A stretch of DNA of 64,000 bases from an uncultured Armatimonadia bacterium (GTDB taxonomy: Bacteria > Armatimonadota > Zipacnadia > Zipacnadales > UBA11051): assembly GCA_964390495.1 (NCBI GenBank), contig CAYMIN010000009.1, positions 6,155-70,154 of the forward strand, read 5' to 3'. Of this stretch, positions 45,322-55,482 are shown piece after piece. The translations under genes and the position numbers were made by a program. The notes beneath the pieces are model-generated. The model made no database searches, had not been told where the DNA came from, and worked only from the letters and a program-made list of their open reading frames with translations. The stretch's first letter is position 1. The number at the start of each line of letters is the position of its first letter.

Positions 45322-46356
45322 ATGGAGTACCGACAGCTAGGCCGCACCGGAACCAGAGTTTCACAGCTTTGCCTCGGCACCATGAACTTCGGCAATGTCA
45401 CCGATGAGCCGACCGCCCACCAGATGATTGATGAAGCTCTCGACGCGGGGATCAACTTCATTGACACCGCCGATTGCTACCAACGGGGCGTCTCGGAGGA
45501 GTTTATCGGCAGGGCGCTGGCCGAGAACGGCAGGCGCGATGACATCGTGCTGGCAACTAAAGCCGTCGCGGGTATGGGCGAAGGGCCCAACGATCACGGC
45601 GCCAGCCGCTACCACCTGTCGCGCGCGGTTGAGGCCAGCCTCAAGCGCTTGCAAACCGAGCGCATTGACCTGTTCTACCTGCACGTCGTGGATATCACCA
45701 CGCCGATGGATGAGATCTTCGGCCAGCTCGACGTGCTGGTCAAGCAGGGGAAGATCCTCTACGTGGGGACCTCGAAATGGCCGGTGCCGCTGATTATGGA
45801 GGGGCTGATGATGCACGAAAAGTACGACTACCCGCGCATCGTCGCCGAACAGCCGCCATATCAACTATGCGACCGCGGCATCGAAATGGAGCTGGTCTGG
45901 ACCTGCCTGCGCCAAGGTATCGGCATCGTCCCGTGGGGACCGCTGGCCTACGGGTTGCTTACCGGAATGTACCGCAAGGGCCAGCCGATTCCCGAAGGCC
46001 ACCGCTGGTCAGGTGCCGACCCCGACGCCAACAAGCGCTTCACCCATGCGGCCTTGGACCTGGTGGAGAAGCTGATTCCCATCGCCGAGGCTAAGGGCAT
46101 TGACCTACCGGCAATGGCACATGCCTGGCTGCAACAGCGGCCCGGCATCACCTCCCCGATCGTCGGCCCGCGCACTATCGAGCATCTACGCGCCGCCCTG
46201 GCGACCACCGAGATCACCTTCACCCAGGACGAACTTGACGCGATTGATGAGGCCATCCCGCCGGGCACGTGGGTAAGCGACTTCTACTTCGGCAACACCT
46301 ACGCCCACCTGGTGCGCTCGATCAATGACCCGGAGGACCCGACCGGATACCATTGA
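45322..46356 (+). CDS. aldo/keto reductase, paralog 3 of 3
   Basis: Same family signature. AGGAGGAA RBS. Confidence 0.85.
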   Translation: MEYRQLGRTGTRVSQLCLGTMNFGNVTDEPTAHQMIDEALDAGINFIDTADCYQRGVSEEFIGRALAENGRRDDIVLATKAVAGMGEGPNDHGASRYHLSRAVEASLKRLQTERIDLFYLHVVDITTPMDEIFGQLDVLVKQGKILYVGTSKWPVPLIMEGLMMHEKYDYPRIVAEQPPYQLCDRGIEMELVWTCLRQGIGIVPWGPLAYGLLTGMYRKGQPIPEGHRWSGADPDANKRFTHAALDLVEKLIPIAEAKGIDLPAMAHAWLQQRPGITSPIVGPRTIEHLRAALATTEITFTQDELDAIDEAIPPGTWVSDFYFGNTYAHLVRSINDPEDPTGYH

Positions 46357-46503
46357 GCCGGCCGGCCTTCCTAGGCAGTCGGGCCAGCGTTTTGTGGGGC
46401 GGGGCTATATTGCCACCGCCCCATTAGGCCACTGCCCACTCAACCTCAATAGCAACAGCCACTGCCAGCCTGAGCGAGGCAAAGGCCAACAGAATGCGCC
46501 AGG

Positions 46504-47445
46504 TCAGAAATGTACCCGGCCAATCTTCAGCCGCTCGCTGCGCTGGAGGTTGGCCATCAGGACCGCGGTAGCGATGGAGTACAGTCTCGCCTCGGGACTA
46601 TCGGCGCGCGAGGTGAGAATCACCGGAGCTGCTGCCCCCACCAGCACCCCGGCTATGCGTCCCTTGGCCAAGAAGCTGAACGACTTGGCCAGGATGTTGC
46701 CGGCCTCGATGTCAGGGACCACCAGGATATCGCACCTGCCGGCTACATCTCCCGTGATCCCCTTGATGTCAGCGGCCAATACCGACACGGCATTGTCGAG
46801 TCCGAAGGGGCCGTCCACTATGCAATCAGGGAACTGCCGGCGCGTCGCCATCGTGCGAAGCGCCGCCGCTTCAACGGTGACCGGCATTTTGGGGTTAACC
46901 ACCTCGACGGCACCTAGGACACCGACCCGCGGGCGCTCGATGCCGAAGCAGCGAGCCAAGTACACAGCATTCATGATAATATCACCCTTGGTGGTCAGGT
47001 CCGGGGCAATGTTCATGCCGCCGTCAGTGATGAAGGTGAGTCGGCCGCGGTCGAGGGTTTCCAGGATGAAGATATGGCTCATGATCGACCCGGTGCGCAA
47101 GCCGGCTTCCTTGTCGAGGACCGCGCGCAGAAAGTCGTCGCTGTGGATATGGCCCTTCATCAGCAAATCGGCCCGGCCTTCGCGGACAGCCAGGGTGGCC
47201 AGGTGTGCGGCCTGCAGGTCATCGGCCTCGTCAATGATCTCAACGTCACTGAGATCGAGGGCGACCTCCTCGGCCAGCGGCTCAATCAGAGCGCGGCGGC
47301 CCACCAGCAGCGGGCGAGCCAAGTCCATATTCATGGCGGCCTTGACCGACTCGATGACCGGTCGCCTTTCAGCCACTGCCACGGCAACCGTGCGGATCGG
47401 GTAGTTGGCAGTAGCCTCAGCGAGTTCCTCAAATTTGGTGATCAT
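46504..47445 (-). CDS. phosphate acyltransferase of the Pta/Ptb family (phosphate butyryl/acetyltransferase-like)
   Basis: Family-wide conserved blocks (ILVVPDIEAGNI, SRADS). Confidence 0.75.
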   Translation of the reverse strand: MITKFEELAEATANYPIRTVAVAVAERRPVIESVKAAMNMDLARPLLVGRRALIEPLAEEVALDLSDVEIIDEADDLQAAHLATLAVREGRADLLMKGHIHSDDFLRAVLDKEAGLRTGSIMSHIFILETLDRGRLTFITDGGMNIAPDLTTKGDIIMNAVYLARCFGIERPRVGVLGAVEVVNPKMPVTVEAAALRTMATRRQFPDCIVDGPFGLDNAVSVLAADIKGITGDVAGRCDILVVPDIEAGNILAKSFSFLAKGRIAGVLVGAAAPVILTSRADSPEARLYSIATAVLMANLQRSERLKIGRVHF

Positions 47446-47459
47446 ATGGTGTGCTCCTC

Positions 47460-48296
47460 CTAAAGACGCTGCTTGAGAGCAGCATTGACGGCTTCGATGG
47501 CACTGTTAGGTGTGGAGGCGCCGGCAGTTATACCTACTCTGACAGCGCCGGCAACCCATTCGGGTTGGAGCTCCTCGGCGCGCTCTATATGGTAAGTGCG
47601 AGGATTGACTTCGGAGCAGATCTCGGCCAAGCGCGCCGTGTTGGCGCTGTGGTAGCCGCCGATGACGATCATTACATCAACCTCCCTAGCCGTGGCTAGG
47701 GAAGCCTCCTGCCGCTGAGTCGTAGCACCACAGATGGTGTTACTGACGGTGAGCAGCCGCACGCGCGGCAGCAGCTCACTGACCAGGGCGTCGAGATTAT
47801 CCATGCGCTGGGTCGTCTGGCAGACCACGGCGACACGGTCCTTGAGCTGCAGTCCGTCCAGGTCCTGGGGGCCCTCGACGATGACTGCACGACCGCCGGT
47901 GTGCTCTCTGATGGAGCGGGCCTCGGGATGCTCGGGCTCGCCGAGGATGATGACCTGCCAGTCTTCGTCGCAGAGCCGTTGAGCCTCGCGTTGGGCCCGA
48001 GCAACAAACGGGCAGGTAGCGTCCAGTACCACAACACCGCGGGCTCGGGCCGCGCGCTCAACCGCAGGGTCGCAGCCGTGGGTGCGGATCATGAGCGTCT
48101 CGCCCGGCTGCATGTCACTGACCTGCTCCACCACCCGAACGCCCTGCTGCTGAAGCTGCTCGACCACCTGCGGGTTATGAATCAGAGGCCCAAAAGTGGC
48201 GCTGAGCTGCTTCTCCCGGATGGCTTCCCCGGCCATATCCAGCGCTCGCCGCACCCCGAAGCAGAAGCCGGCCCCCTTGACGATCACTATTTCCAT
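47460..48296 (-). CDS. ispH: 4-hydroxy-3-methylbut-2-enyl diphosphate reductase
   Basis: MEIVIVKGAGFCFGVRRA..., three Cys ligands, LIHNPQVV. Start taken at the internal Met of the track ORF. Confidence 0.85.
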   Translation of the reverse strand: MEIVIVKGAGFCFGVRRALDMAGEAIREKQLSATFGPLIHNPQVVEQLQQQGVRVVEQVSDMQPGETLMIRTHGCDPAVERAARARGVVVLDATCPFVARAQREAQRLCDEDWQVIILGEPEHPEARSIREHTGGRAVIVEGPQDLDGLQLKDRVAVVCQTTQRMDNLDALVSELLPRVRLLTVSNTICGATTQRQEASLATAREVDVMIVIGGYHSANTARLAEICSEVNPRTYHIERAEELQPEWVAGAVRVGITAGASTPNSAIEAVNAALKQRL

Positions 48297-48307
48297 GCCT
48301 GTTCCTT

Positions 48308-49207
48308 CTAGCTGTCGCGCTCCAGGAGCAAGTTCACCAGTTGCACCCACAAGTCGTTGCGAGCCTGCAGGACCTCGGCTGCGGCGATTGCCATCCGTGC
48401 CACCTCCTGCGCGCGCTGTCGCGAACCGGCTACCCCCAAAAGCGCCGGATAAGTCATCTTCTGCGAGGCCCGATCAGCCCCCACCGGCTTCCCGAGCCGC
48501 GCCTCAGTGCCGGTTGCATCCAAAATATCGTCAGTAATCTGGAACAGGAGGCCGAGGTGATGGGCATACTCGCTGAGCGTCCGCAGCGGAGCGTCTTCAG
48601 CAAGCGCTAGGATCGCGCCAGTACGGGCCGCTGCGACAATCAGCTTGGCCGTCTTATTGGTGTGGATGAAGCTGAGCAGATTGGCTTCCGGCGGTTGGTT
48701 CTCCGCCTCAATGTCTGCAGCTTCGCCCCCGATCAGCCCCATCGCGCCGGTCGCCTCAGCGAATTCGCCGATAACGCGGACAATTGCCGCAGGATCAATT
48801 CCACTCGTCCGCACCGAGGCAAGTAGCTCGAAGGCCCGCACGATCAGAGCATCCCCGGCCAGCAGGGCCGTATGTTGATCGAACTGAGTGTGGCATGAGG
48901 GCAGGCCACGGCGCATCGGGGAGTCGTCAATACACGGCATGTCGTCGTGAATCAGCGAGGCAGCGTGCATGAACTCGATGGCGACGGCGGCGGGTAGTAC
49001 GGCTTCGGTGGTGAGGCCGAACATCTCAGCGGCCTGAATGGTGATAAAGGCGCGGACGCGCTTACCTCCCTGGACACTATACCTCATAGCGGCCAGCAAG
49101 CGCGCCGCCGGCCCCACCGGCTCGGGCAAGAAGCCGTTGAGCCCTTGCTCTATCAGGGCTTGGGTTGCTGCGAGGTGCTGGGCTATGTCCATTGTATGCA
49201 GTCTCAA
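48308..49207 (-). CDS. polyprenyl diphosphate synthase (GGPP/FPP synthase family)
   Basis: First DDxxD (IHDDMPCIDD), second DDxxD (ITDDILD). Confidence 0.85.
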   Translation of the reverse strand: MRLHTMDIAQHLAATQALIEQGLNGFLPEPVGPAARLLAAMRYSVQGGKRVRAFITIQAAEMFGLTTEAVLPAAVAIEFMHAASLIHDDMPCIDDSPMRRGLPSCHTQFDQHTALLAGDALIVRAFELLASVRTSGIDPAAIVRVIGEFAEATGAMGLIGGEAADIEAENQPPEANLLSFIHTNKTAKLIVAAARTGAILALAEDAPLRTLSEYAHHLGLLFQITDDILDATGTEARLGKPVGADRASQKMTYPALLGVAGSRQRAQEVARMAIAAAEVLQARNDLWVQLVNLLLERDS

Positions 49208-49230
49208 AAAGGGGCAGCGATAAACGCCCC

Positions 49231-50277
49231 TCAGCTAATGTCACCGGTGCCGATCAGGACGCGCTTGGGCTGGGGCTCCTCAATGGTCTGCTGTTCAACG
49301 ACTTCCTTGGCCACCTGTTTGTCGTTGTGCTTCTTGATGCGGTAGGTAACTTTGCGCCGCCCCGCCTTGCCAGGGAACGAGACACGCTTCTCGCCGCGTT
49401 TCAGCGCCGGCGAGTGCTGCTGGTTGACCGGCGGCGGGATGCTTTCTTCGCATGTAGCCTCCAGGACGGTCACCACAGTGATGGCTGGGACGGCGACACC
49501 GACTTTGAGCTTCTCGCCGGGATGAATCGTGCGCCCCTTTAGGCCGGGATTGGCCTGATAAAGCTCGCCCACACTCAGATGGTGGGCACTGGCGATCTTT
49601 TCCGGAAAGTCGCCCGCTTTGACGACATAAACCTTGGGCTGGCGCCTGACTTGGGTCAACTGCCCGACGACCTTGCGAATGTCCGTAGAGATGCTCTCGG
49701 GACGCTCGCCCGAGGCGCAGACGTTGACTTCGGGTACCAGCTTCTGAGACACGACGGTCGCGGCGTCGTCGCCGATATACTGAGACTTGAGCGTGTCGAG
49801 CACTTTCTGAGCGAGGTTTTCCGAGGCCAAAATCGCGATATTGACGCCGTTGACGTTGATGGCCGCAGCCTCAACCTTGACGCTGACCTTATCCTTGAGA
49901 GCCTCAACGGCCTCATCTACGGAGAGCACGGGCCGCTCATCCACAGCCCAGGTCTCGTCTTCCCATTTCTGCTCGATGCAGGCCTCGCCGGGCAGTTGCC
50001 CTTTGGCGGCGCCGACAAGGCGTTGGCGGACGGTCTCGGCATCCCTCTGACTGGCTACCAAGCAGCAGATTTCGTTATCCACAACAATGGCGCGGGCAAA
50101 GTGCCTGCGCTGGCCGAGGGCATTGAATAGAAGCACAGCCAGCACCAGCGCCACACAAACGGCCAGAGCGGCGCGATAGACGCGGAGGCTACGTTCCAGC
50201 CGCTCGATGTTGCGCCGGGCCAGGCGCAGCAGTTCGGCGCTGTCCTCGTTTTCGAAGGCCATCACTAGCACCGTCAC
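49231..50277 (-). CDS. cell-wall-binding protein with LysM and G5-like domains (YabE-like)
   Basis: N-terminal TM. LysM: YVVKAGDFPEKIASAHHLSVGELYQANP. G5-like beta-rich C-terminus. Confidence 0.65.
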   Translation of the reverse strand: MTVLVMAFENEDSAELLRLARRNIERLERSLRVYRAALAVCVALVLAVLLFNALGQRRHFARAIVVDNEICCLVASQRDAETVRQRLVGAAKGQLPGEACIEQKWEDETWAVDERPVLSVDEAVEALKDKVSVKVEAAAINVNGVNIAILASENLAQKVLDTLKSQYIGDDAATVVSQKLVPEVNVCASGERPESISTDIRKVVGQLTQVRRQPKVYVVKAGDFPEKIASAHHLSVGELYQANPGLKGRTIHPGEKLKVGVAVPAITVVTVLEATCEESIPPPVNQQHSPALKRGEKRVSFPGKAGRRKVTYRIKKHNDKQVAKEVVEQQTIEEPQPKRVLIGTGDIS

Positions 50278-50343
50278 AGGTGCGGCGCGGCCCCAAGAAC
50301 GGTCTTATGCCGCGCCGCATAGGACTAGTCGGTTGCTGCTAGG

Positions 50344-51645
50344 TTATGCGTTCTTCTCGGCTTTGAGTAGCTCCACGGCTCTATCAATTTGCTTCTGGTG
50401 CCATTCCTCGAAGGTATAGGTGGCATCAGGGTCGGGCTCCGGGAAGATGTACTCAGGCTTGACGCCGCGATCGCCGTTCTCGTCCTCCTTGCCCAAGTCG
50501 GTAAGTTCCGGCGTCAGATAGACGGCGGTTGAGAGGAACAGGGCGGAGCCGTCGCGCATCTCGATAATCGTCTGCACCTTCGACTTCCCGAAGGTGTGGT
50601 GGCCCGCGACTTTGGCACGGCCGCGTTCCTGGAGCGCACTGGCCACGATCTCCGAAGCGCTGGCACTGCCCCGATCCACCAAAACCAGCATCGGCAGTGT
50701 GTCAGGGACCTCGGTGCCCGGGGAGGCATTGAGCGCCTGAGGCTCACTGTCACGCCCCTTGATATAGACTACCGGCCCACCATCGAGAAAGAAGCCGGCC
50801 ACGCCTACAGCGGCGTCGAGAATCCCTCCGGGGTCCATGGACATATCCAGCAGCAAGGCTTCCATGCCCTGCTTGGAGAGGTCTGTGACGGCTTTGGCCA
50901 TTTCATTCTCGGCGAGCTGGTTGAAGTTACGCAGCCAGATATAGCCGATCTTGCCATCCAACATCTCATACTCGAGGGTGGGCAGGTCCACCTTGGCCCT
51001 GATTATCTCTACATCAAAGCTGTCCGCGCGGCCTTCACGGATCAGGGTAAGAACCACCGGGGTCCCGCGCTTGCCGCGAATCTGGCGCACTACTTGCTGC
51101 AGGGTCTGGCCCTTGACGAGCTTCTGGTCAACTTTGATGATCTGATCCCCGGGGCGCAGCTCGGTACTGGCGGCTGGTCCCTCGGGGAGTACCGAACTGA
51201 CTACCACCCGCTGGTCGTGGCCGGTGTCATCGCTCTGGGCCTCCAGCACGGCGCCGATGCCGTCGAAATGGCCTTCGCTCTCGGTGCGGAAGTCCTTGAA
51301 CTCCTCGGGGGCCAGGAAGCGGCTGTAGGGGTCCTCGAGGGCGGCTAACATGCCGCGGACAGCGCCGTAAGTGAGCCGCTTGTCATCCTCCACAGGATAG
51401 ACGTAGTTGATCTTGATCTTCTCCCGCACCTGCCAGAAAGTCGCGAGCGGGGACAGATCGGTGACCGTCGGTATGTCGTAGTCGCTAGCGTGTTGATAGA
51501 CACCGGGTATTATCTGGGCCAGCGAGGCCGACAGCGGCAATATCTTGCCGTCACTCATTACCTGCGCGGTCGTGACGGCCCCGATGGCAAAGGAGACTGC
51601 AGCAACAAGCACGCCGGCTATGCCTAGATAGATGTTGCGCTTCAT
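50344..51645 (-). CDS. ctpA: carboxyl-terminal processing protease (S41, CtpA-like) with PDZ domain
   Basis: S41 catalytic Ser/Lys blocks (GGPVVYIKGRDSEPQA..., SASASEI). PDZ segment. Signal anchor. Confidence 0.85.
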   Translation of the reverse strand: MKRNIYLGIAGVLVAAVSFAIGAVTTAQVMSDGKILPLSASLAQIIPGVYQHASDYDIPTVTDLSPLATFWQVREKIKINYVYPVEDDKRLTYGAVRGMLAALEDPYSRFLAPEEFKDFRTESEGHFDGIGAVLEAQSDDTGHDQRVVVSSVLPEGPAASTELRPGDQIIKVDQKLVKGQTLQQVVRQIRGKRGTPVVLTLIREGRADSFDVEIIRAKVDLPTLEYEMLDGKIGYIWLRNFNQLAENEMAKAVTDLSKQGMEALLLDMSMDPGGILDAAVGVAGFFLDGGPVVYIKGRDSEPQALNASPGTEVPDTLPMLVLVDRGSASASEIVASALQERGRAKVAGHHTFGKSKVQTIIEMRDGSALFLSTAVYLTPELTDLGKEDENGDRGVKPEYIFPEPDPDATYTFEEWHQKQIDRAVELLKAEKNA

Positions 51646-51676
51646 TTTAGATCCTAAGCCTCCAGGAACTTGCGGA

Positions 51677-52840
51677 TTATAGGTAATTCATGGGATTGAC
51701 ATGTCTGCCGTTGACCCGCACCTCGAAATGCAGGTGGTTGCCGGTGGAGCGGCCGGTGGTGCCGCAGCGACCGATCATCTGGCCGCGGCTCACGTTCTGG
51801 CCCCGGCACACGCGCAGACTCCCCGACTGCAGGTGACCATAGACGGTGGACATCCCGCTGCCGTGGTCTATGATCACGCACACGCCATAGGCGCCGCGCC
51901 AGCCAGCATAGATCACACGCCCGGCAGCGGCGGCCTTGATCGGGGTACCACCGGCTCGCGCGATGTCAATCCCCGTGTGCATCTTCCGGTAGCCGAGGAT
52001 CGGGTGCATGCGCATCCCATAGGGTGAGCTGAGGCGGCCGGTCATCGGCCAGGCGAAGGTGCCGGCCCATTTGCCCTTGTAGCTCCCGCCGACGCCGCTG
52101 CCACTGGCCAGCTTGGCCAGCATCTCGCCAATGGCCCTAGATTCGGCCTCAAATTGGGCCAGTTGCCTCTCGTAGGTGGCGCGGTCGGTGCTTGCCTTGT
52201 GGAGCAACTGCTGGGCCGTGGCCTTCTTCTCTGCTACCGCGTTGCGCTGCTGGGTGACCTTGCGCCGCAAGCTGATCTGCTCTTGCTCTTTGGAGCGAAG
52301 TTGCGCCTGTTGTTGGTCGCGGCGTTTGTGGTAGTCCAGCATTGCCTGGAGCAATCGGCTGTCCTCGGCGGCCATCCGGGCATTGAACTCGGCGCGGTTG
52401 GCGAAATCGTTAAAGTCGGCGGCATTGAGCAAGACTTCCACGTAGCTGGGTGTGCCGCTCTTAAAGGTGACCAGGATGCGCTGCTCGGTTTCGCTTTTGT
52501 GGCGGTTGAGCGTGGCTTCGGTGTTAGCCAACTCCTGCTTGACGCGGCGGATAGTCACGCGGGTGCTTTCGAGCTGCCACTCCGCGGCTTTGAGATGCCT
52601 CTCAGCCTCGGCCAGGTCCTGCTGGGCCTCGACAAGCTCGTTGCGATAGGTGGCCTGCTCGGCCTTAGCGGTCTTCAGTTTCCTGCGGGCCTCGGCTTTC
52701 TCCCGCTCAATACGATTGAGGCTGCGGCGCAGTTGCGACCCGCTCTGGGCGCTGGCCTGGTTGCCAGCAGTGAAGATGCTGATAGCAACCAGAAATGCCG
52801 CCAGCGTCGAAAAGGCCCGCAAGCCGTTGCTGTTGTGCAT
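51677..52840 (-). CDS. M23 peptidoglycan DD-metalloendopeptidase with N-terminal coiled coil (EnvC-like FtsEX effector)
   Basis: Long coiled-coil, then HTGIDIA...G.PI.AAAAG.V.YAGW...YG..VIIDHG....TVYGHL. Confidence 0.85.
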   Translation of the reverse strand: MHNSNGLRAFSTLAAFLVAISIFTAGNQASAQSGSQLRRSLNRIEREKAEARRKLKTAKAEQATYRNELVEAQQDLAEAERHLKAAEWQLESTRVTIRRVKQELANTEATLNRHKSETEQRILVTFKSGTPSYVEVLLNAADFNDFANRAEFNARMAAEDSRLLQAMLDYHKRRDQQQAQLRSKEQEQISLRRKVTQQRNAVAEKKATAQQLLHKASTDRATYERQLAQFEAESRAIGEMLAKLASGSGVGGSYKGKWAGTFAWPMTGRLSSPYGMRMHPILGYRKMHTGIDIARAGGTPIKAAAAGRVIYAGWRGAYGVCVIIDHGSGMSTVYGHLQSGSLRVCRGQNVSRGQMIGRCGTTGRSTGNHLHFEVRVNGRHVNPMNYL

Positions 52841-52855
52841 GCAAAGCTCCCCCGT

Positions 52856-53755
52856 TTAGGCCTCGGAGAGGTAGCGATTGGCGCTGATAAAGGCGCCGGC
52901 AGTGCCGAATAGCGCCCCGGCCAGGATAAGCCCCAGGGCAAAGGCTGTCAAGAACTGTGCCGAGTACACGATCTTTATGAACTTCAGGCTGTCGGCCAGA
53001 TAAGAGTGCAGATACACGTAACCAATGATCAGCACGATAGCGGCCAAGAGGCCACCGACGATGCCCTGAAACGCCCCCTCAAACAGAAGCGGCGCTCTAA
53101 TGAACCAGTTGGTGGCTCCGACAAGCTGCATGATGCGTATTTCGCGCCGGCGGGCATAGATGGTGAGGCGGATGGTGGTACTGACGATGAGCATGGTGCC
53201 CGCAACCAGCAGCAGGCCGAGTACCAGACCACTGACCTTAATGCCGTGAGACAGTATCAGGAGCTTGTCGAACACCGAGCGGCTGTAAGAGGCCTCCTCA
53301 ACACCGGGCATCTGCTGGGCCAGTTCGGCGACGGCTGCCATGTCATCAGGGTCGGTGACTTTGACGCGGACAATGTCGGGCAAGGGGTTGTGAATGATCT
53401 TGAGGGCTTCAGGGTCCACGCCGGTCATCTCGGCCCATTCCTGGAGCGCCTCCTGCTTGCTGACAAACTCAGTCTTTTCGACGCGCAAATCGCCGTGGAG
53501 TTCGGCCTCGATATCACCGGCATTGGCCTCATCTTCGAGATAGACACTGATAAAGACGCTCTTAGCCTGGACCCCGGCCATGTAGTCGAGATTGATAGCG
53601 CCTACGACAAAGGCGCCGAGTATCGCCAGAGAGACGGCCATATTACCGATAGCGGCAAAGGTGATGAGCAGATTGCGGCGGATCGCCGTCCAGGTTTCCA
53701 GGAGGATGAAGTCAAGCCCGCTACGTTCCATCGTAGCTGCCCCCCTGCTTGGCAT
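52856..53755 (-). CDS. ftsX: cell-division ABC transporter permease FtsX
   Basis: FtsX topology with a large periplasmic loop and C-terminal TM triplet. Overlaps the ftsE stop. Start may be the internal MERSGLD Met. Confidence 0.85.
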   Translation of the reverse strand: MPSRGAATMERSGLDFILLETWTAIRRNLLITFAAIGNMAVSLAILGAFVVGAINLDYMAGVQAKSVFISVYLEDEANAGDIEAELHGDLRVEKTEFVSKQEALQEWAEMTGVDPEALKIIHNPLPDIVRVKVTDPDDMAAVAELAQQMPGVEEASYSRSVFDKLLILSHGIKVSGLVLGLLLVAGTMLIVSTTIRLTIYARRREIRIMQLVGATNWFIRAPLLFEGAFQGIVGGLLAAIVLIIGYVYLHSYLADSLKFIKIVYSAQFLTAFALGLILAGALFGTAGAFISANRYLSEA

Positions 53756-54407
53756 CCCTGACTATAGCGCCCTGGACGAGGTTGATGACGCGCTTGCGCA
53801 TGCGGTCAACGATGTATTTATCATGAGTACCAACAACCACAGTGGTGTCGCGTTGCGCGATGTTGGCCAGGAGTTGGACAATATCCCACGAGACGTCGGG
53901 GTCCACATTGCCGGTCGGCTCATCCGCCAGCAGCACGGGTGGAGCGTTGACCAGGGCCCGGGCGATGGAAACGCGCTGCTGTTCGCCTCCGGAGAGCTGG
54001 TGCGGGAAGGCATCGCTCTTATCGGCAAGCCCGACAAGCTCCAGGCTGATTGGGACCTTGTGGTGCTTCTCCTTGCGACCGCTGCCGAGCACGTCAAGGG
54101 CGAATCCGACATTCTCCCAGACCGTCTTATCCGGCAGCAGGCGGAAGTCCTGGAAGACCACTCCGACCTGCCGGCGCAGATATGGCACCATGCGCCGGGG
54201 CAGGGCCGCGACATCCTGGCCGGCCACAACTACGCGGCCCTCGGTGGGAACGAAGTCGCGATAAATCAAGCCCAGTAGCGAGCTCTTACCACTACCCGAT
54301 GCGCCGACCAGGAAACAGAACTCACCGCGCTCGATGTGCAGGTCTATGGAGCGCAAGGCCCGGGTCCCGTCAGGGTAAACCAGGCCGACACCTTCCATGT
54401 GTATCAT
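53721..54407 (-). CDS. ftsE: cell-division ABC transporter ATPase FtsE
   Basis: Walker [13 protein letters not shown] signature [15 protein letters not shown]. Walker [12 protein letters not shown]. Confidence 0.9.
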   Translation of the reverse strand: MIHMEGVGLVYPDGTRALRSIDLHIERGEFCFLVGASGSGKSSLLGLIYRDFVPTEGRVVVAGQDVAALPRRMVPYLRRQVGVVFQDFRLLPDKTVWENVGFALDVLGSGRKEKHHKVPISLELVGLADKSDAFPHQLSGGEQQRVSIARALVNAPPVLLADEPTGNVDPDVSWDIVQLLANIAQRDTTVVVGTHDKYIVDRMRKRVINLVQGAIVRDAKQGGSYDGT

Positions 54408-54647
54408 AGCTGGTCGCCATCTTCTGTTGCGAAGCAAGACTGGGTATGTTTCTGCGAGATTCTGTGAATCCAGTATAGCAAAAACCGCAGTCAGAAGCAA
54501 CCAATTCAGCTACGACAAGCAGTTTGGGGCCACCAGGCAGGTAATCGGGCCAAGGGCCCCGAAGTAATTCCAATCCGGCAAGCGATTCCGGCCCGGCGAT
54601 GCTATGATGTAATACTAGACCGAGCGAAGAGGGGATATAGGGCTGCT

Positions 54648-55403
54648 ATGAGAACTTCAACATTGCTTACACGTGTGTGGCTGTTGGTGCTAGTGGTAGT
54701 GGTTGCGGGCTGTGTCGGCGGCTGCAAGCGTCCCGACCGGCTGTTGAGCCGGGATGAGGAAGTCCGGCTTGGACAAGAAGCCGGAGACGACTTCGAGCGC
54801 GAGCACGGCCGCGATTATGATCAGCGGCGCAACGCGATGCTGCAGCGGATCGGGCGCCGGATCGAGCAGGTCGCCGAGCCACCGGACTATCCCTACGACT
54901 TCCGGGTACTCGCCGATGATGCCGTGAATGCGGTGGCATTCCCGGGCGGCCGCATCTACTTCTACCGGGGCATATTCCAGGCGCTTGGCTACGACGAGGC
55001 GCAACTGGCATGGGTTGCCGGTCATGAGGTCACCCACATATCGCGCCAGCACGCTTGTCGTCGCATCGAGAAGTCGTTGGGCTACGAACTGGTAATCCAA
55101 CTGATCTTCGGCAAGGACACCGCCGGCCAGATAGCCGGCCTGGTGGCGGGCCTAATGCTGCAGGACTACGGGCGGGATAACGAGTTCGAGGCCGACCGTA
55201 TGGGAGTGGAATACGCCCACGCAGCAGGCTATGACCCGACGGCGGCGCTGGCGGTACTGCAGAAGTTCAGCGAGATGCAGGGCGAGGACCCCAGCGATTT
55301 CGAGCTGCTGTTTATGAGCCATCCCGGAAGTACCGCCCGCAGCGATGCTATCAAGAGCCACCTGCGCCAGCGCGGCTGGCGCGGCAAGTACTTCGCGCCC
55401 TGA
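54648..55403 (+). CDS. M48-family metallopeptidase lipoprotein
   Basis: Lipobox LVVVVAGCVGGC. HEVTHISRQH (HEXXH). MSHPGSTARSDAI motif. Confidence 0.75.
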   Translation: MRTSTLLTRVWLLVLVVVVAGCVGGCKRPDRLLSRDEEVRLGQEAGDDFEREHGRDYDQRRNAMLQRIGRRIEQVAEPPDYPYDFRVLADDAVNAVAFPGGRIYFYRGIFQALGYDEAQLAWVAGHEVTHISRQHACRRIEKSLGYELVIQLIFGKDTAGQIAGLVAGLMLQDYGRDNEFEADRMGVEYAHAAGYDPTAALAVLQKFSEMQGEDPSDFELLFMSHPGSTARSDAIKSHLRQRGWRGKYFAP

Positions 55404-55482
55404 AGGGCGGGCGTAGAGGGATGCGGCCTTGGTGCGGCAGTTGCCGGTGAGCCAGCGCACGCGTTTGAGGCTGCGGTGATTT

